Source of the DNA: Clostridia bacterium
GTDB taxonomy: Bacteria > Bacillota > Clostridia > Christensenellales > CAG-138
DNA length: 64,000 bases
Assembly: GCA_017523925.1 (NCBI GenBank)
Contig: JAFWVQ010000047.1
Span: forward strand, 7,482 to 71,481
Direction: 5' to 3'
The position numbers and the translations under genes were made by a program. A model generated the notes under the pieces. It was given only the letters and a program-made list of their open reading frames with translations, did not search any database and was not told the DNA's origin. Below are positions 28,177-36,989 of this stretch, in pieces (the first letter of the stretch is position 1; every line of letters begins with the position of its first letter).

Positions 28177-29061
28177 ATGCCGGCGATCAAAACCGAAAAT
28201 CTAACCAAATCCTATGGCAAAAAGCGCGGGATCATCGATGTTTCGCTCGAAGTGGACGAGGGCGCGGTGATGGGCTTCATCGGTCCGAACGGCGCGGGCA
28301 AGAGCACAACCATACGAACGCTGCTCGGACTGCTTTTCCCAACGAGCGGCAGCGCGAGCGTGCTCGGCATGGACAGCGTGAAGGATAATACGCGGATACT
28401 CGAGAGCGTGGGCTATCTTCCGCCCGAAACGGCGTTCTATTCCGGAATGCGCGTGCATGAGATAATCGAGCTTTCGGCACGGCTCAGGAAAAGGGACTGC
28501 GCCGAGGAAGCCAAACGGCTCTGCGACAGGCTCGAGCTGGACACGAAGCGCAGGGTGGGCGAGCTCTCGCTCGGCAATAAAAAGAAGGTCGGCATAGTCT
28601 GCGCCATGCAGCATCGGCCGAGGCTCTACCTGCTCGATGAGCCCACGAGCGGGCTCGATCCGCTGATCCGCCAGCAGTTCTTCGAGCTCTTGGCGGAAAG
28701 AAACGCCGAGGGCGCCACCGTGCTGCTCTCATCGCACGTGCTTTCGGATATCTCCAAGCACTGCACCCATGCCGCCGTGATCCGCGAGGGCAGGCTGATC
28801 AAGCAGGGCCGCATCGAGGAGCTCGTCGGCGCGGGCGGCAAGCGCGTTGTGCTCAAGGGCGTTAAGGACGCGGCGGAGCTCGAGCGCATAGGCGGCGTTC
28901 ATTCGATCGAGGTGAACGGCGACGACACCGCCTTCGTATTCGCGGGAAGCGCGAAGGAGCTTATAACGGCGCTCGCCGGCATCGATTTTGAGGACGCTGC
29001 CATCGGCGGCCGCGAGCTGGACGAGGTGTTCATGGGCTATTATTCGGATGGGGAGGCATAA
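28177..29061 (+). CDS. ABC transporter ATP-binding protein (ABC-2 exporter type)
   Basis: Start at M61 of the track ORF, downstream of the promoter. Walker A 'GPNGAGKST', signature 'LSLGNKKKV', Walker B 'LLDEPTSGLD'. Confidence 0.85.
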   Translation: MPAIKTENLTKSYGKKRGIIDVSLEVDEGAVMGFIGPNGAGKSTTIRTLLGLLFPTSGSASVLGMDSVKDNTRILESVGYLPPETAFYSGMRVHEIIELSARLRKRDCAEEAKRLCDRLELDTKRRVGELSLGNKKKVGIVCAMQHRPRLYLLDEPTSGLDPLIRQQFFELLAERNAEGATVLLSSHVLSDISKHCTHAAVIREGRLIKQGRIEELVGAGGKRVVLKGVKDAAELERIGGVHSIEVNGDDTAFVFAGSAKELITALAGIDFEDAAIGGRELDEVFMGYYSDGEA

Positions 29062-29062
29062 G

Positions 29063-29845
29063 ATGAGCATTTTCAGGCATGAAATGAGAAGAGGGCGGCT
29101 CTCGCTGATAATCTGGACGGCGGTAATAGCGTCGATGCTTGCGCTGAGCGTGCTTATCTATCCGTTGATGAAGGCGGAGATGCAGAATATGAGCGAGATG
29201 TTCGCGGACATGGGCGCGCTTTCGGATGCGTTCAGCATGGATCAGCTCAATTTCGCCGAGTTTTCGGGCTATTTCGCGCTCGAATGCGGCGAGCTGCTCG
29301 GGCTTGGCGGCGCGCTTTTCGCGGCGATACTGTCGATTCCCATGCTTTCAAAGGAGCAGAGGGACGGCACTGCGGATTATCTTTTGACGCACCCGATATC
29401 GCGCCAAAGGGTCATGCTCGAAAAGCTCGGCGCGATCATAGCTCAGATACTGATACTGAATATCTGCGCGGCGGCCGTGACGGTGCTCTGCGCGCTGATC
29501 ATCGGCGAAAAGCCGGATGCGAAGGTGTTTTTCATGCTGTTCCTCGCCTTTCTGCTCGTGCAGATAGAGATCGCCTGCATCTGCTTCGGCATCTCGGCGT
29601 TTATCAAGGGCTCCGGCATCGGCATCGGCATCGGGCTTGCCGTGCTGCTGTATTTCCTGAACATCGTTTCGAATATCACCAAGGAGGCGGAGTTTTTGAA
29701 GTTCATCACGCCGTTTTCCTATGCGGACGGCGCGGAGATAGTTCGATCGGCCTCGATCGAGCTTAAGTATCTCGCCGTTGGAGCGGTTCTTGCAATAGCC
29801 GGCGTTGCGGCGGCGTTTTTGAAGTACCCGAAAAAGGACCTGTAA
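29063..29845 (+). CDS. ABC-2 family transporter permease
   Basis: Start MSIFRHEM 2 nt after the ATPase stop, with SD GGGAGG. Six predicted TM segments. Confidence 0.7.
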   Translation: MSIFRHEMRRGRLSLIIWTAVIASMLALSVLIYPLMKAEMQNMSEMFADMGALSDAFSMDQLNFAEFSGYFALECGELLGLGGALFAAILSIPMLSKEQRDGTADYLLTHPISRQRVMLEKLGAIIAQILILNICAAAVTVLCALIIGEKPDAKVFFMLFLAFLLVQIEIACICFGISAFIKGSGIGIGIGLAVLLYFLNIVSNITKEAEFLKFITPFSYADGAEIVRSASIELKYLAVGAVLAIAGVAAAFLKYPKKDL

Positions 29846-29929
29846 GCGTTCAAACCGATATTTCTTTTTGAAATTGCGTTTTGATTTTTCGCTTTGGGAT
29901 TGCTTTCGGAGGAAGTATAGGAGGAAGTA

Positions 29930-30784
29930 ATGCGGTATTTAACACGCGAAATGGATGAAAAATTGCAAAGGAACGGTGCATTCTACGACTTTGAGCCCAT
30001 CGAGGATCGGGAGTATTCCGAGGCGGAGATACGCGCATTTTACAAAAAGAAGCTGGATGAAAGGCTTGCGGGCGAGCTCGAGGAGTATGAGTATATGAAG
30101 AGCGTATCTGCGGGCGATATCGCATTTTGCGATGCAGGCGCGGAGGACGGAGATCGGGTGCTGAGCGAGGAGGCTTCGCCGCCCGACCCGAAGCGTGTGG
30201 AGCGCGAGTTTCGCGCCTCCTGCAGAAGAATGATAAGGCTGATCGGCACCTACTATCCCGAATGGCTGCGCGAGCTTGGCGATCTGCGGCTGTTTTCATA
30301 CGGCTATCTTAAACAAAGTGCGTACGACCGCCTAAAAGCTGAATGCGAGCAGATGGAGCGCGAGTTCGAAAATATGAAGCGCGAATATCGCGAGGAATGT
30401 GAAAGGCAAAACATACCCGAGCGCATAAACAAAGCCTTCTATACCCATGACGACGAGCTGCTCGGCATACGAAAGCGGGGCAAGGCGCTTGAAATGTATC
30501 TGCGGCGCTGCGGCGGTTTTGACGAAAGCGAGGAATATCGGCGCATAACCTTCAAGGACGCGCGGGTTTTGGAAAGGGATCGAAGCCTTGCTCCGAGGCT
30601 TTCATTCGATGAGGACGGCAAGCCAAGCTCCAATATAACTTTTTTGTATTTCGAGATCTTCAGAAGCGAGCGCGGTTATGAGGTTCATACGATGTTTTTT
30701 AAAAACGGGAAGGACAGCCTTAAGTATCTGACCGTGGACTGCGCAGACGTGGTCTATGAGGACGGGGCGGGGTTTAATCTATGA
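29930..30784 (+). CDS. hypothetical cytoplasmic protein
   Basis: Strong SD 'ataggaggaagtaATG'. Charged and coiled. No family recognised. Confidence 0.5.
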   Translation: MRYLTREMDEKLQRNGAFYDFEPIEDREYSEAEIRAFYKKKLDERLAGELEEYEYMKSVSAGDIAFCDAGAEDGDRVLSEEASPPDPKRVEREFRASCRRMIRLIGTYYPEWLRELGDLRLFSYGYLKQSAYDRLKAECEQMEREFENMKREYREECERQNIPERINKAFYTHDDELLGIRKRGKALEMYLRRCGGFDESEEYRRITFKDARVLERDRSLAPRLSFDEDGKPSSNITFLYFEIFRSERGYEVHTMFFKNGKDSLKYLTVDCADVVYEDGAGFNL

Positions 30785-31083
30785 GCGAAACCACCGAAAA
30801 ACGCAGATTTGAATACTCAACGCCCCTCTGCGTGATGCCCGACGGCGGCGCGTTCGTGGTTTTCCCGTGGAACGTGCGCGAGGTTTTCGGGCGCGGCAGG
30901 GCGCAGGTACACGCGCTGTTCGACGGCGAGCCCTACGACGGCAGCATCGTCAATATGGGACTTAAAAACGAGGACGGCTCGGTGTGCTACGTTATCGGCG
31001 TGCTGAAGTCGATAAGAGCGAAGATAGGCAAGGGGGATGGGGATATCATCCGCGTTGTGATCGAGGAAAGAGGGCGCGAATAG
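30781..31083 (+). CDS. DUF1905-like small protein
   Basis: 100 aa ('GGAFVVFPWNVREVFGRGRAQVHALFDGEPYDGSIV'). Overlaps the upstream gene by 4 nt. Confidence 0.5.
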   Translation: MSETTEKRRFEYSTPLCVMPDGGAFVVFPWNVREVFGRGRAQVHALFDGEPYDGSIVNMGLKNEDGSVCYVIGVLKSIRAKIGKGDGDIIRVVIEERGRE

Positions 31084-31197
31084 CCGGGCAAAGCGGGGGA
31101 GAGGAGCCTCGCTAAAGCCCGCTTCGCCGCAAAAGCGGTCCTGTTGCGGCAGATTGTGGCATTATGGCATATCTTTTATGAATATTTATAAAAATGC

Positions 31198-31226
31198 TTG
31201 ACAGCATCGGGCCGATTCTCTATAAT
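31198..31226 (+). promoter_or_regulatory. sigma-A-type promoter (TTGACA-17-TATAAT)
   Basis: 'cTTGACAgcatcgggccgattctcTATAATat'. Confidence 0.5.
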
Positions 31227-31330
31227 ATAATCAACGAAAGCCGCGCATTTTCGCTCATTTGAGCCATGCTTCGCGCGGCTAAGGCGGCAACGTCCGCAAG
31301 AAAATCAAATCCCGAAAGGAGACAATTAAA

Positions 31331-32671
31331 ATGGGTCTTATTTCAGCAGGTCTTGGCGCGATCGGGGGCACTCTTGCCGATCAGTGGAAAGAGTTTTTCT
31401 ATTGCGACGCTTTGGACAAAAACGTGCTCATGGTCAAGGGCCAGAAGCGCGTTTCCGGTCGTTCCTCAAACACCAAGGGCAACGATAACATCATCTCCAA
31501 CGGCTCGGTGATCGCCGTTGCGGACGGTCAGTGCATGCTGATCGTTGAGCAGGGCAAGATCGTCGAGGTCTGCGCGGAGCCCGGCGAGTTCGTTTACGAC
31601 ACCTCCACCGAGCCCAGCATCTTCTACGGCAAGCTCGGCAAGGGCATCCTCGATCTGTTCAAGACCATCGGCAAGAGGTGGACCTTCGGCGGCGATCCCG
31701 GCAAGGATCAGCGCGTTTACTACTTCAACCTCAAGGAGATCATGGACAATAAGTTCGGCACTGCGAACCCGATCCCCTTCCGCGTTGTTGACTCCAAGCT
31801 CGCCCTCGATCTGGACGTTTCGCTCCGCTGCTCCGGCGTGTATTCCTATAAGATCACCAACCCCCTTCTTTTCTACACCAACGTATGTGCGAACGTTCCC
31901 GATCGCTTCACCCGCGATCAGATCGATTCCCAGCTCAAGACCGAGTTTGTAAGCGCGCTTCAGCCCGCGTTCGGCAAGCTCTCCGACCTTGAGCTTCGCC
32001 CCAACCAGATCATCCAGCACAACACCGATCTTGAGGCCGCTATGAACGAGGCGCTCTCCGCCAAGTGGGGCGTGCTTCGCGGCATCGAGGTGGTATCCGT
32101 TGCGCTCGGCTCCGTCACCCTCCCCGAGGAGGATCAGGAGCTCATCAAGCAGGCACAGCGCGCCGCGATGCTCCGCGACCCCAACTACGCCGCAGCCACC
32201 ATCGCCGCCGCTCAGGCCGACGCGATGAAGGACGCCGCAAACAACCAGGGCGGCGCAATGGCGGGCTTCATGGGCATGGGCATGGCGATGAACGCCGGCT
32301 CGAATGCGGCTAACCTGTTTGCGATGGGTCAGCAGCAGCCCCCCGTTCAGCCTCAGCAGCCCGCTCCGGCTCAGCCCGCACCCGCTGCGCCCGCACAGGG
32401 CGGCTGGACCTGCGCCTGCGGCACCATGGTAAACGGCAACTTCTGCCCGAACTGCGGCACCAAGAAGCCCGAGCAGAAGCCCGGCTGGACCTGCGCCTGC
32501 GGCAGCGTGAACCAGGGCAATTTCTGCCCGAACTGCGGCAGCAAGCGCCCCGCGGCGGCTCCGCTCTATCGCTGCGATAAGTGCGGCTGGCAGCCCGAGG
32601 ATCCCGCAAATCCCCCGGCATTCTGCCCCGAGTGCGGCGACAGATTCACCGACGACGACAAGGTCGAATAA
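31331..32671 (+). CDS. SPFH/band-7-like (COG4260 'virion core protein-like') protein with C-terminal triple zinc-ribbon
   Basis: A ~300-aa SPFH-like core, a Q/P/A-rich linker, then 3 copies of 'GWTCACG..N.GNFCPNCG.K(K/R)P' plus 'CDKCGW...CPECG'. Confidence 0.6.
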   Translation: MGLISAGLGAIGGTLADQWKEFFYCDALDKNVLMVKGQKRVSGRSSNTKGNDNIISNGSVIAVADGQCMLIVEQGKIVEVCAEPGEFVYDTSTEPSIFYGKLGKGILDLFKTIGKRWTFGGDPGKDQRVYYFNLKEIMDNKFGTANPIPFRVVDSKLALDLDVSLRCSGVYSYKITNPLLFYTNVCANVPDRFTRDQIDSQLKTEFVSALQPAFGKLSDLELRPNQIIQHNTDLEAAMNEALSAKWGVLRGIEVVSVALGSVTLPEEDQELIKQAQRAAMLRDPNYAAATIAAAQADAMKDAANNQGGAMAGFMGMGMAMNAGSNAANLFAMGQQQPPVQPQQPAPAQPAPAAPAQGGWTCACGTMVNGNFCPNCGTKKPEQKPGWTCACGSVNQGNFCPNCGSKRPAAAPLYRCDKCGWQPEDPANPPAFCPECGDRFTDDDKVE

Positions 32672-32802
32672 GGCGAATAAGCAGAACAAGCCGAATAAAT
32701 AGTTTTCGGCATAATAACAGACCATCCGAGCGGCAATGGCACGCGGAAACCCCGCTCCGCCATTGCCGCATTCACTGATTAAAAGGAAAAGGAGAGGATC
32801 GA

Positions 32803-33891
32803 GTGGCAGGCTTACAGGAATACAAATGCCCGTGCTGCGGCGGCGCGATAGCGTTTGACAGCTCGCTTCAAAAGATGAAGTGTCCGTATTGCGACACCGA
32901 GTTCGAAATGGAAACGCTGCAAAGCTACGACGAGCAGCTCAATAATGAAAAAGAGGACGATCTGACCTGGGATACGAACGCCGGCACATCGTGGATGGAC
33001 GGCGAGACCGACGGCATGCGCGTTTACGTTTGCAAATCCTGCGGCGGCGAGATCGTGGGCGATGAAAACATGGCGGCGACCTCCTGCCCGTTCTGCGGCA
33101 ACCCAGTCGTGGTGATGGGCAACTTCACGGGCAGCTTGAAGCCGGATCTCGTTATCCCGTTCAAACTGGATAAGGAGGCGGCGAAGGAAGCGCTGAATAA
33201 GCATGTTCAGGGCAAAAAGCTGGTTCCCAAGGTATTCAAGGATCAGAAGCATATCGACGAGATAAAGGGCATCTACGTTCCCTTCTGGCTTTTCGATGCC
33301 GAGGCGGATGCGGATCTGCGCTTCCGCGGCACCCGCGTTCGCACTTGGAGCGACAGCCGCTACCGCTACACCGAAACGAGCTATTATTCCATTAGAAGGG
33401 CGGGCTCGCTTGCGTTCCGCGCCGTTCCGGTGGACGGCTCCACCAAAATGCCGGACGACCTTATGGAATCCATCGAGCCATACGATCTTTCGCAGGCGGT
33501 GGACTTCCAAACCGCGTATCTTGCGGGCTATCTCGCGGATAAATACGATGTGGATGCCGAGCAGAGCGTCGATCGTGCGAACGCGCGCGTTAAAACCAGC
33601 ACCGAGCAGGTTTTTTCAAACACCGTGCATGGCTATGCAAGCGTGATCCCCGAATCGAGCAGCGTTCGCCTGTATAACGGCAAGGCGAAGTACGCGCTCT
33701 ATCCCGTTTGGCTTTTGAATACCCAATGGGAGGGCAACACCTACACCTTCGCGATGAACGGGCAGACCGGCAAATTCGTTGGCGATCTTCCCGTGGATAA
33801 AAAGGCGAAGAACAAGTGGTTCTGGATCTATGCGATCATCGGCGCGGCCGTTGCCTTCGGCGGCGCGATGCTCGTGAATCTGCTGTTCTAA
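32803..33891 (+). CDS. zinc-ribbon protein with C-terminal TM anchor, unknown function
   Basis: GTG start after 'aaggagagg'. N-terminal 'CPCCGG...CPYCD' and 'CKSCGG...CPFCGN' ribbons, and a C-terminal helix 'WFWIYAIIGAAVAFGGAMLVNLLF'. Confidence 0.55.
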   Translation: MAGLQEYKCPCCGGAIAFDSSLQKMKCPYCDTEFEMETLQSYDEQLNNEKEDDLTWDTNAGTSWMDGETDGMRVYVCKSCGGEIVGDENMAATSCPFCGNPVVVMGNFTGSLKPDLVIPFKLDKEAAKEALNKHVQGKKLVPKVFKDQKHIDEIKGIYVPFWLFDAEADADLRFRGTRVRTWSDSRYRYTETSYYSIRRAGSLAFRAVPVDGSTKMPDDLMESIEPYDLSQAVDFQTAYLAGYLADKYDVDAEQSVDRANARVKTSTEQVFSNTVHGYASVIPESSSVRLYNGKAKYALYPVWLLNTQWEGNTYTFAMNGQTGKFVGDLPVDKKAKNKWFWIYAIIGAAVAFGGAMLVNLLF

Positions 33892-33905
33892 GGGAGGGCG
33901 AAGCG

Positions 33906-35174
33906 ATGAAAAAAAGATTTTTTGCGTTTATACTGCTTCTTGCGCTCCTCGTTCTGCCGAGCCTGACGGCGCTTGCTTCGGGCGGCGCGGATGCATACGT
34001 CATCGATGAGCGCGGCAAGCTCTCCTCAACTCAGATCGAGCAGCTCTCCGAGAAGGCGAAGCTGATCGAGGCCGAGCAGGGCTTCACGCCGATGTTTGCG
34101 ATCGTTGAGGATGCGGGCGGCGACGTGACGGCCTACCTTGAAAGGCTCTACACAGAACACCACGGCGGCGAAAACGGTCTCATCATGGGCTACAGCAACG
34201 TTGAGAATAAGTGGAGCGCCGCAGCCTTCGGGCTTGCGCTCGATTCGCTGACCGACAGCGATATAGAGCAGCTTTGGGACGTTTACGATAAATCCGGAAC
34301 CTACGACGGCGGCATAAGCGATTATTTCGACAGCGCCTCGCGCGTCTACGCGGAGCGCACGGGCGGCAGAGTGCCGGAGGCGGTCGCCGCTTCCACACCG
34401 TCGCCCACCAAGGCGCCCGCCGAGACGGCAGCGCCCGTTGCGACGGCAGCGCCCGTTATCAGCGGCAATCGCGTTGAAGATGCGGCCGACCTGCTCACCC
34501 CGGAGCAGGAGGAGGCGCTCGCTCAAAAGCTCGATGAATACAGCCGCAAGCACGACTGCGATATCGTGGTCATCACGGCAAAGAGCCTCGGCAGCAAATC
34601 CGCAAGGCTTTTCGCGGCGGATTACTATGAGCTTTGCGGCTACAATATGAGCGGCGGCATGGTTATGATGGTTTGCCCCGAGGCGCGCGACTATGCGTTC
34701 GTCGGAACCGGCAAGTGCTACAGCATAACGAACGACAGCAAGGTGATAGATCATCTTGAGGACGTTGTGGTTGCCGATCAGCTCAAATACGATCACTACA
34801 ACACAGCCTTCAACGTTTTCGCCGATAAGTGCGACGAATTTTTGACGAACGTTGAGAACGGCAAGCAGCCCTATAAGAAGAACCTTATCTCCACCACTTT
34901 TGCGGCGATAGGCTCGGCGGTGGTCGGCCTTATCAGCGGCGGCAGCGCGGCGGGCGGCATGGCAAGTAAGCTCAAGAGCGTTCATCATAAGTACAATGCA
35001 TCCGATTACGTTGAAAAGGGCAGCCTCCGCATGACCGATCAGAGCGAGATGTTCCTCTATACAAACGTGGTCAAGACCGAGATCCCGCGCGATGACGACC
35101 GTTCAAGCGGCTCGAGCGGCGGCTTCTCCTCGTCCTCCGGCTCAAGCTGGAGCGGCTCGAGCGGAAAGTATTAA
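33906..35174 (+). CDS. TPM-domain (YgcG-like) protein, two TPM repeats, C-terminal TM plus Gly/Ser tail
   Basis: Start at M31, with SD 'agggagggcgaagcgATG'. Signal peptide, 2x TPM_phosphatase-like domains, a TM helix and an 'SSGSSGGFSSSSGSSWSGSSGKY' tail. Confidence 0.7.
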   Translation: MKKRFFAFILLLALLVLPSLTALASGGADAYVIDERGKLSSTQIEQLSEKAKLIEAEQGFTPMFAIVEDAGGDVTAYLERLYTEHHGGENGLIMGYSNVENKWSAAAFGLALDSLTDSDIEQLWDVYDKSGTYDGGISDYFDSASRVYAERTGGRVPEAVAASTPSPTKAPAETAAPVATAAPVISGNRVEDAADLLTPEQEEALAQKLDEYSRKHDCDIVVITAKSLGSKSARLFAADYYELCGYNMSGGMVMMVCPEARDYAFVGTGKCYSITNDSKVIDHLEDVVVADQLKYDHYNTAFNVFADKCDEFLTNVENGKQPYKKNLISTTFAAIGSAVVGLISGGSAAGGMASKLKSVHHKYNASDYVEKGSLRMTDQSEMFLYTNVVKTEIPRDDDRSSGSSGGFSSSSGSSWSGSSGKY

Positions 35175-35220
35175 ACCGCCCGGCGGAGCTGCAAAACCGA
35201 ATAAACCGATGCAAATAAAT

Positions 35221-35249
35221 CGCCCCCGGCAGAGAACTGTCGGGGGGCG
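35221..35249. terminator. hairpin 'cgcccccggcagagaactgtcggggggcg' (copy 1 of 3)
   Basis: A G+C-rich perfect stem. The same hairpin recurs at ~36935 and, inverted and followed by TTTTATTTAT, at 63254-63293. Confidence 0.55.
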
Positions 35250-35271
35250 ATTGAGTAAGGGCTAACACTAT

Positions 35272-35970
35272 TTACTTCTTACTTCCAAGCACTTTCCTAA
35301 TATAGGGGTTGGAGGAATCGAGGTGCTTTTTGAAATCGTTGATAGTTATTCGAGGATCGCTTACGCCGAGATGAAACTGTATATAAGCGCCGCCATAGTC
35401 CTTGAAGATAAAAACATTTCCGTCGTCCAACAATTTATAAAACTCCTCTTCATGCTTAGGATAAGGATAAGGGAAATCGCAATTGCTGTATTTTTTATCG
35501 GTCAATTCGTTCCCATATAAATCCGCAAATCTATCATCATCCACGATCATTCTGCAAATAAGCATTATAGGGCTATAATCTGGGATAATAAAGGTGCAGT
35601 CAAGCTGATAAAGATGACAGTTTTCAATCGTTGTTTCTTGTCCGGTTTTTTTTGCTTTTACCCTTATGTATTCATGAGAATCTACGGCCTTTATGATTTC
35701 TATTATTCGGCGGTTTATGCTGTTCCAATCAATTTGCACCAATGCGCTATCCTTTGCCCTTTTTGAGAACAGCCATGGAATAAGGCCGAAGCAGATAATA
35801 CCAATTATGATGATAACGGGCAGCAGAAAATCTGTGCTGGATATGGGCGTCATTCCGAAATCCACCATTAAACCGTCAACTACATATAGCACTCCGAACA
35901 GTATCGCAAATGAGGCGATACCCGTTATACAGCCTATTGCGCCGCTTCTGTCCTTTTTATTATTGTCCAT
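35272..35970 (-). CDS. hypothetical membrane protein (island cargo)
   Basis: 232 aa with 2-3 N-terminal TM helices and a ~150-aa soluble domain. AT-rich codon usage. Confidence 0.55.
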   Translation of the reverse strand: MDNNKKDRSGAIGCITGIASFAILFGVLYVVDGLMVDFGMTPISSTDFLLPVIIIIGIICFGLIPWLFSKRAKDSALVQIDWNSINRRIIEIIKAVDSHEYIRVKAKKTGQETTIENCHLYQLDCTFIIPDYSPIMLICRMIVDDDRFADLYGNELTDKKYSNCDFPYPYPKHEEEFYKLLDDGNVFIFKDYGGAYIQFHLGVSDPRITINDFKKHLDSSNPYIRKVLGSKK

Positions 35971-36045
35971 TTCTACCTCCTGTAAAAATCAAACCCGCCC
36001 AAACCACATTTTATGCGGAATGGGCAGGAAAAGGTGCGGTGTTCA

Positions 36046-36183
36046 TCAGTCGTCATAATGTTTGCATTCCGAAACCTCGTCGGGATCGACGTAGGTGCCG
36101 TACCATTCGCAATACCACTTATAACCCTTCCTCTCGGCAGAGTTGCAGTGCTTGCAGTACTTGCATTTTACATATTCGTCCAT
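36046..36183 (-). CDS. small Cys-rich (zinc-ribbon-like) peptide, 45 aa (island cargo)
   Basis: MDEYVKCKYCKHCNSAERKGYKWYCEWYGTYVDPDEVSECKHYDD. SD AGGAGG 8 nt upstream. A TTGACT-17-TATAAT promoter lies inside the longer track ORF just upstream. Confidence 0.45.
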   Translation of the reverse strand: MDEYVKCKYCKHCNSAERKGYKWYCEWYGTYVDPDEVSECKHYDD

Positions 36184-36347
36184 CGTGAAGCCCTCCTTTC
36201 GTAAAAAATGGTAAAAACTCTTGTGCTGTGCATCAAGCTTGCGCCAATAGTGCATTATAGACAGATTATATTCAATCTTTGAGTAAAAGTCAATACTCAA
36301 ATAATGAGTATGCCACCATCGGCATATACTTTATTTGAGGTGGTAAA

Positions 36348-36572
36348 ATGGATTATCGGGAAAGGCTCAGGCAGGTGCGCGAGGATCGCGATCTGACGCA
36401 GGCGGAGATAGGCAGGCTTTTGAACAAGTCCCAGCAGGGATACAATCATATCGAGGCGGGGCGTGCGGAGCTGAAAATAGATGATCTGAAAAAGCTTTGC
36501 CGCTTTTATGGGCTCTCGGCGGATTACCTTATCGGCCTGAGCGATGAAATGAAAACGGAAATGCAGAAATAA
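36348..36572 (+). CDS. XRE-family HTH transcriptional regulator (island cargo), divergent from the Cys-peptide/membrane-protein pair
   Basis: 74 aa, 'LTQAEIGRLLNKSQQGYNHIEAGRAELKIDDLKKLCRFYGLSADYLIG' (Cro/C1 HTH). Confidence 0.75.
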   Translation: MDYRERLRQVREDRDLTQAEIGRLLNKSQQGYNHIEAGRAELKIDDLKKLCRFYGLSADYLIGLSDEMKTEMQK

Positions 36573-36588
36573 GCCGAGCGCGGCGGGA

Positions 36589-36807
36589 GGCATGGCAAGC
36601 ATGCTCAAGAGCGTTCGCCATAAGACGGGCGCTTCGGACTACGTTGAAAAGGGCAGCCTCCGTATGACCGATTAGAGCGAGATGTTCCTCTATACAAACG
36701 TGGTGAAGACCGAGATCCCGCGCGATGACGACCGTTCAAGCGGCTCGAGCGGCGGCTTCTCCTCGTCCTCCGGCTCAAGCTGGAGCGGCTCAAGCGGAAA
36801 GTATTAA
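36589..36807 (+). pseudogene. duplicated, inactivated 3' fragment of the TPM-domain gene
   Basis: Near-identical to 34956-35174 but carries an in-frame TAG ('gaccgattagagcgag'). Confidence 0.7.
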
Positions 36808-36989
36808 GAATACAAAACACAAAACGCAAAAAGCAGCGCTTCGGAAAACCGGAGCGCTGCTCTTTCTGCATCCCGCCGCCGCTCGGCGGAGCTGTAATAC
36901 CGAATAAACCCGATGCAGCTTGATGCAAATGGAACGCCCCCGGCAGAAAACTGTCGGGGGCATTCGCGCTCTCTCAAAGCGATAATACT

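Larger units (their letters stand above)
35263..36577. mobile_element. ~1.3-kb low-GC (~40%) island bounded by a ~300-400-bp direct duplication of the TPM gene 3' end plus terminator
   Basis: Seen in sequence: 34945-35262 is repeated at 36578-36985, and the second copy has a CAG to TAG change and a ~75-bp insertion. The enclosed DNA is AT-rich, unlike the ~62% GC flanks. Confidence 0.5.

Noticed and set aside
36725-36928. Small ORFs within the duplicated TPM 3' segment
   Set aside because: They lie in a pseudogene or duplicated region, in the wrong frame, with no start signals.
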